Shown piece after piece: positions 62,464 through 64,000 of a DNA stretch of 64,000 nucleotides. The position numbers and the translations under genes are program-made. Numbering within the stretch: position 1 is the stretch's first letter; each line of letters opens with the position of its first letter. The DNA lies in NCBI GenBank assembly GCA_051294905.1, contig CM119373.1:25792001-25856000 (forward strand). Direction: 5' to 3'. This stretch comes from Botryllus schlosseri. Lineage: Eukaryota. Under the pieces are notes generated by a model. It searched no databases, was not told the origin of the DNA, and worked only from the letters and a program-made list of their open reading frames with translations.

Positions 62464-62629
62464 GACAACTAGGATATACTAGTACTTAGTATACTCGAAT
62501 AACAAGTAGGGAATGCGAGAAAAGATATTTCATGATATAATGCGGACAACTAGGATATACTAGTACTTAGTATACTCGAATGACAAGTAGGGAATGCGAG
62601 AAAAGATATTTCATGATATAATGCGGACA
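62464..62629. repeat. 81-bp tandem duplication (2 copies, 1 mismatch)
   Basis: Units start at 62464 and 62545; single A/G difference; GACA microhomology at the junctions. Confidence 0.95.
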
Positions 62630-62745
62630 CAGTGACAAGGAAAATAATAAATTCTTTTTGCGATGTTCGGATCCAAAATTATTGATCGTGATAATTGGAG
62701 TATGCTCACGGCGTGTATTATTTTAATTAATGCCTGATTAAGTAT

Positions 62746-62799
62746 CCATCATATCTGAACTTTAAAAATAGCCATCATATCTGAACTTTAAAAATAGCC
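62746..62799. repeat. 26-bp perfect tandem duplication
   Basis: CCATCATATCTGAACTTTAAAAATAG twice, then CC. Confidence 0.95.
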
Positions 62800-64000
62800 G
62801 AAGCAACTTGATGCTGATTGGTATATCATAGGCCTCGTGTTCGAGCTAGATGTTCGACAATACTTCCTTCGAAAAGTCGTATTGGATGTATGCAATCTCG
62901 TCACTTCTCTCGTTTAAAGCTATTTTCATATGCGCGGTAGGCTACTTTTGATGGTTGCCAATCTGTACTAGAGTTGTAGAGCCAGGTAGGCCTACGATCT
63001 TACACCAACTGTTGTGAGTTGTAGCCCTGTTGTGAGCGCATGTAACAATATAGTCAACGTATCAAGTTGGCGAAACAAGGACGATGGGAAGTGAGTGGCG
63101 AACTGATCCGACCATGGGTTGGAGTCGTGACATATCGAATTTGTTACCGGAGTATCCGGGATGACCACGTTCATTTGGTTAGGCAATGCTGTCGCAACTT
63201 CACGGTGGTCTCTCCTCAATATTAACCTATTATACACGCCAGAGTCATTTGTTCATTCTCTTCCAGTCGATTTTAGAGCGTAACTTCAACTACTCCACGG
63301 CTAATTAATTTCTTTATTACTGACTTACAATCCTGGCATCCAGGCGGAATAGTGGCAATAATCGTCAATAGCGCTTCATATGTTGTGAAGAGATGCGAGT
63401 CACGAGACCATGGTCTACTTACCATCACGCGCATAACGCGCGATGGTGTAAGTATCTAATTTCATTAAAGGTAATTTATGAAATCCTATCAACGACAACC
63501 AATAAATATCTCAGCACGCCTGCTTTCATGTAGACGTGCATCAGAACTATTTCGGAAGCGTGCGTACAGTGGAGGAAGGGCACCCGTGACTTATATTGAC
63601 ATAAATTCGTTACCGATAGTAATACTGGTATCGCTAGTTGTAATGGGAAGGTCTAGTTAACTGCATGAGAGAGGCCAGGTCAACTCAAGGCGGAGCGGTG
63701 GCCGAAGAAATTTAACCGACACCAGTCGCTTTCTGTTAGTCAACCGGTATATCTATCCGGAAAATCGTTCTTGGTTGGAGGCGTTATCCGCCGCTCTACG
63801 AGTGCGACGCTGTATTTGATCTTGACAAAAATGGGAATACTCAAATATGCATTCGGAGAATAGTGATGATCTGGCTTGTCGACTCTTTCGTCTCCATCAC
63901 GTTATCCACAATCACTGCACCGTACATATTGCCTTGTCGTAATCGAGTGAATTACTTACTTGCAACACGAGATCCATTGTCGCAGTTATCCTGGTCAGCA

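Noticed and set aside
62464-62629. Direct repeats considered as a CRISPR-like array
   Set aside because: Units are contiguous with no unique spacers, and the context is eukaryotic with no cas genes.
63665-63730. GGTCAACTCA / TGGCCGAAG / CGACACCAGT motifs resembling the SINE head
   Set aside because: Motifs are in the wrong order and there is no B box or body homology.

Overview
Eukaryotic (metazoan) non-coding DNA, about 40% GC by eye and not visibly CpG-depleted. I found no recognisable host protein-coding gene, rRNA, tRNA gene or CRISPR array. The window is a dense archive of non-autonomous DNA transposons from at least six families, mostly hAT-like with 8-bp target-site duplications (TSDs). 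About ten copies still have both terminal inverted repeats (TIRs) and a readable TSD. The most striking is a 654-bp near-complete palindrome (foldback element, 59345-59998) with a perfect 8-bp TSD and a 146-bp internal periodicity. Also present: two decayed copies of one hAT transposase C-terminus (one interrupted by a nested insertion), three copies of a tRNA-derived SINE, a probable decayed LTR-retrotransposon RT/RNase H fragment, and young tandem duplications. TE-poor, CpG-rich blocks between these carry clustered homeodomain (GGATTA/TAATCC) motifs, CRE (TGACGTCA) palindromes and one TATA+Inr+CCAAT promoter-like arrangement, consistent with a gene-desert or large-intron regulatory landscape. 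The repeat style suggests an invertebrate chordate such as an ascidian, but that is inference only. None of the supplied ORFs looks like an intact gene. All alignments were done by eye, so boundaries of degraded fragments are approximate.
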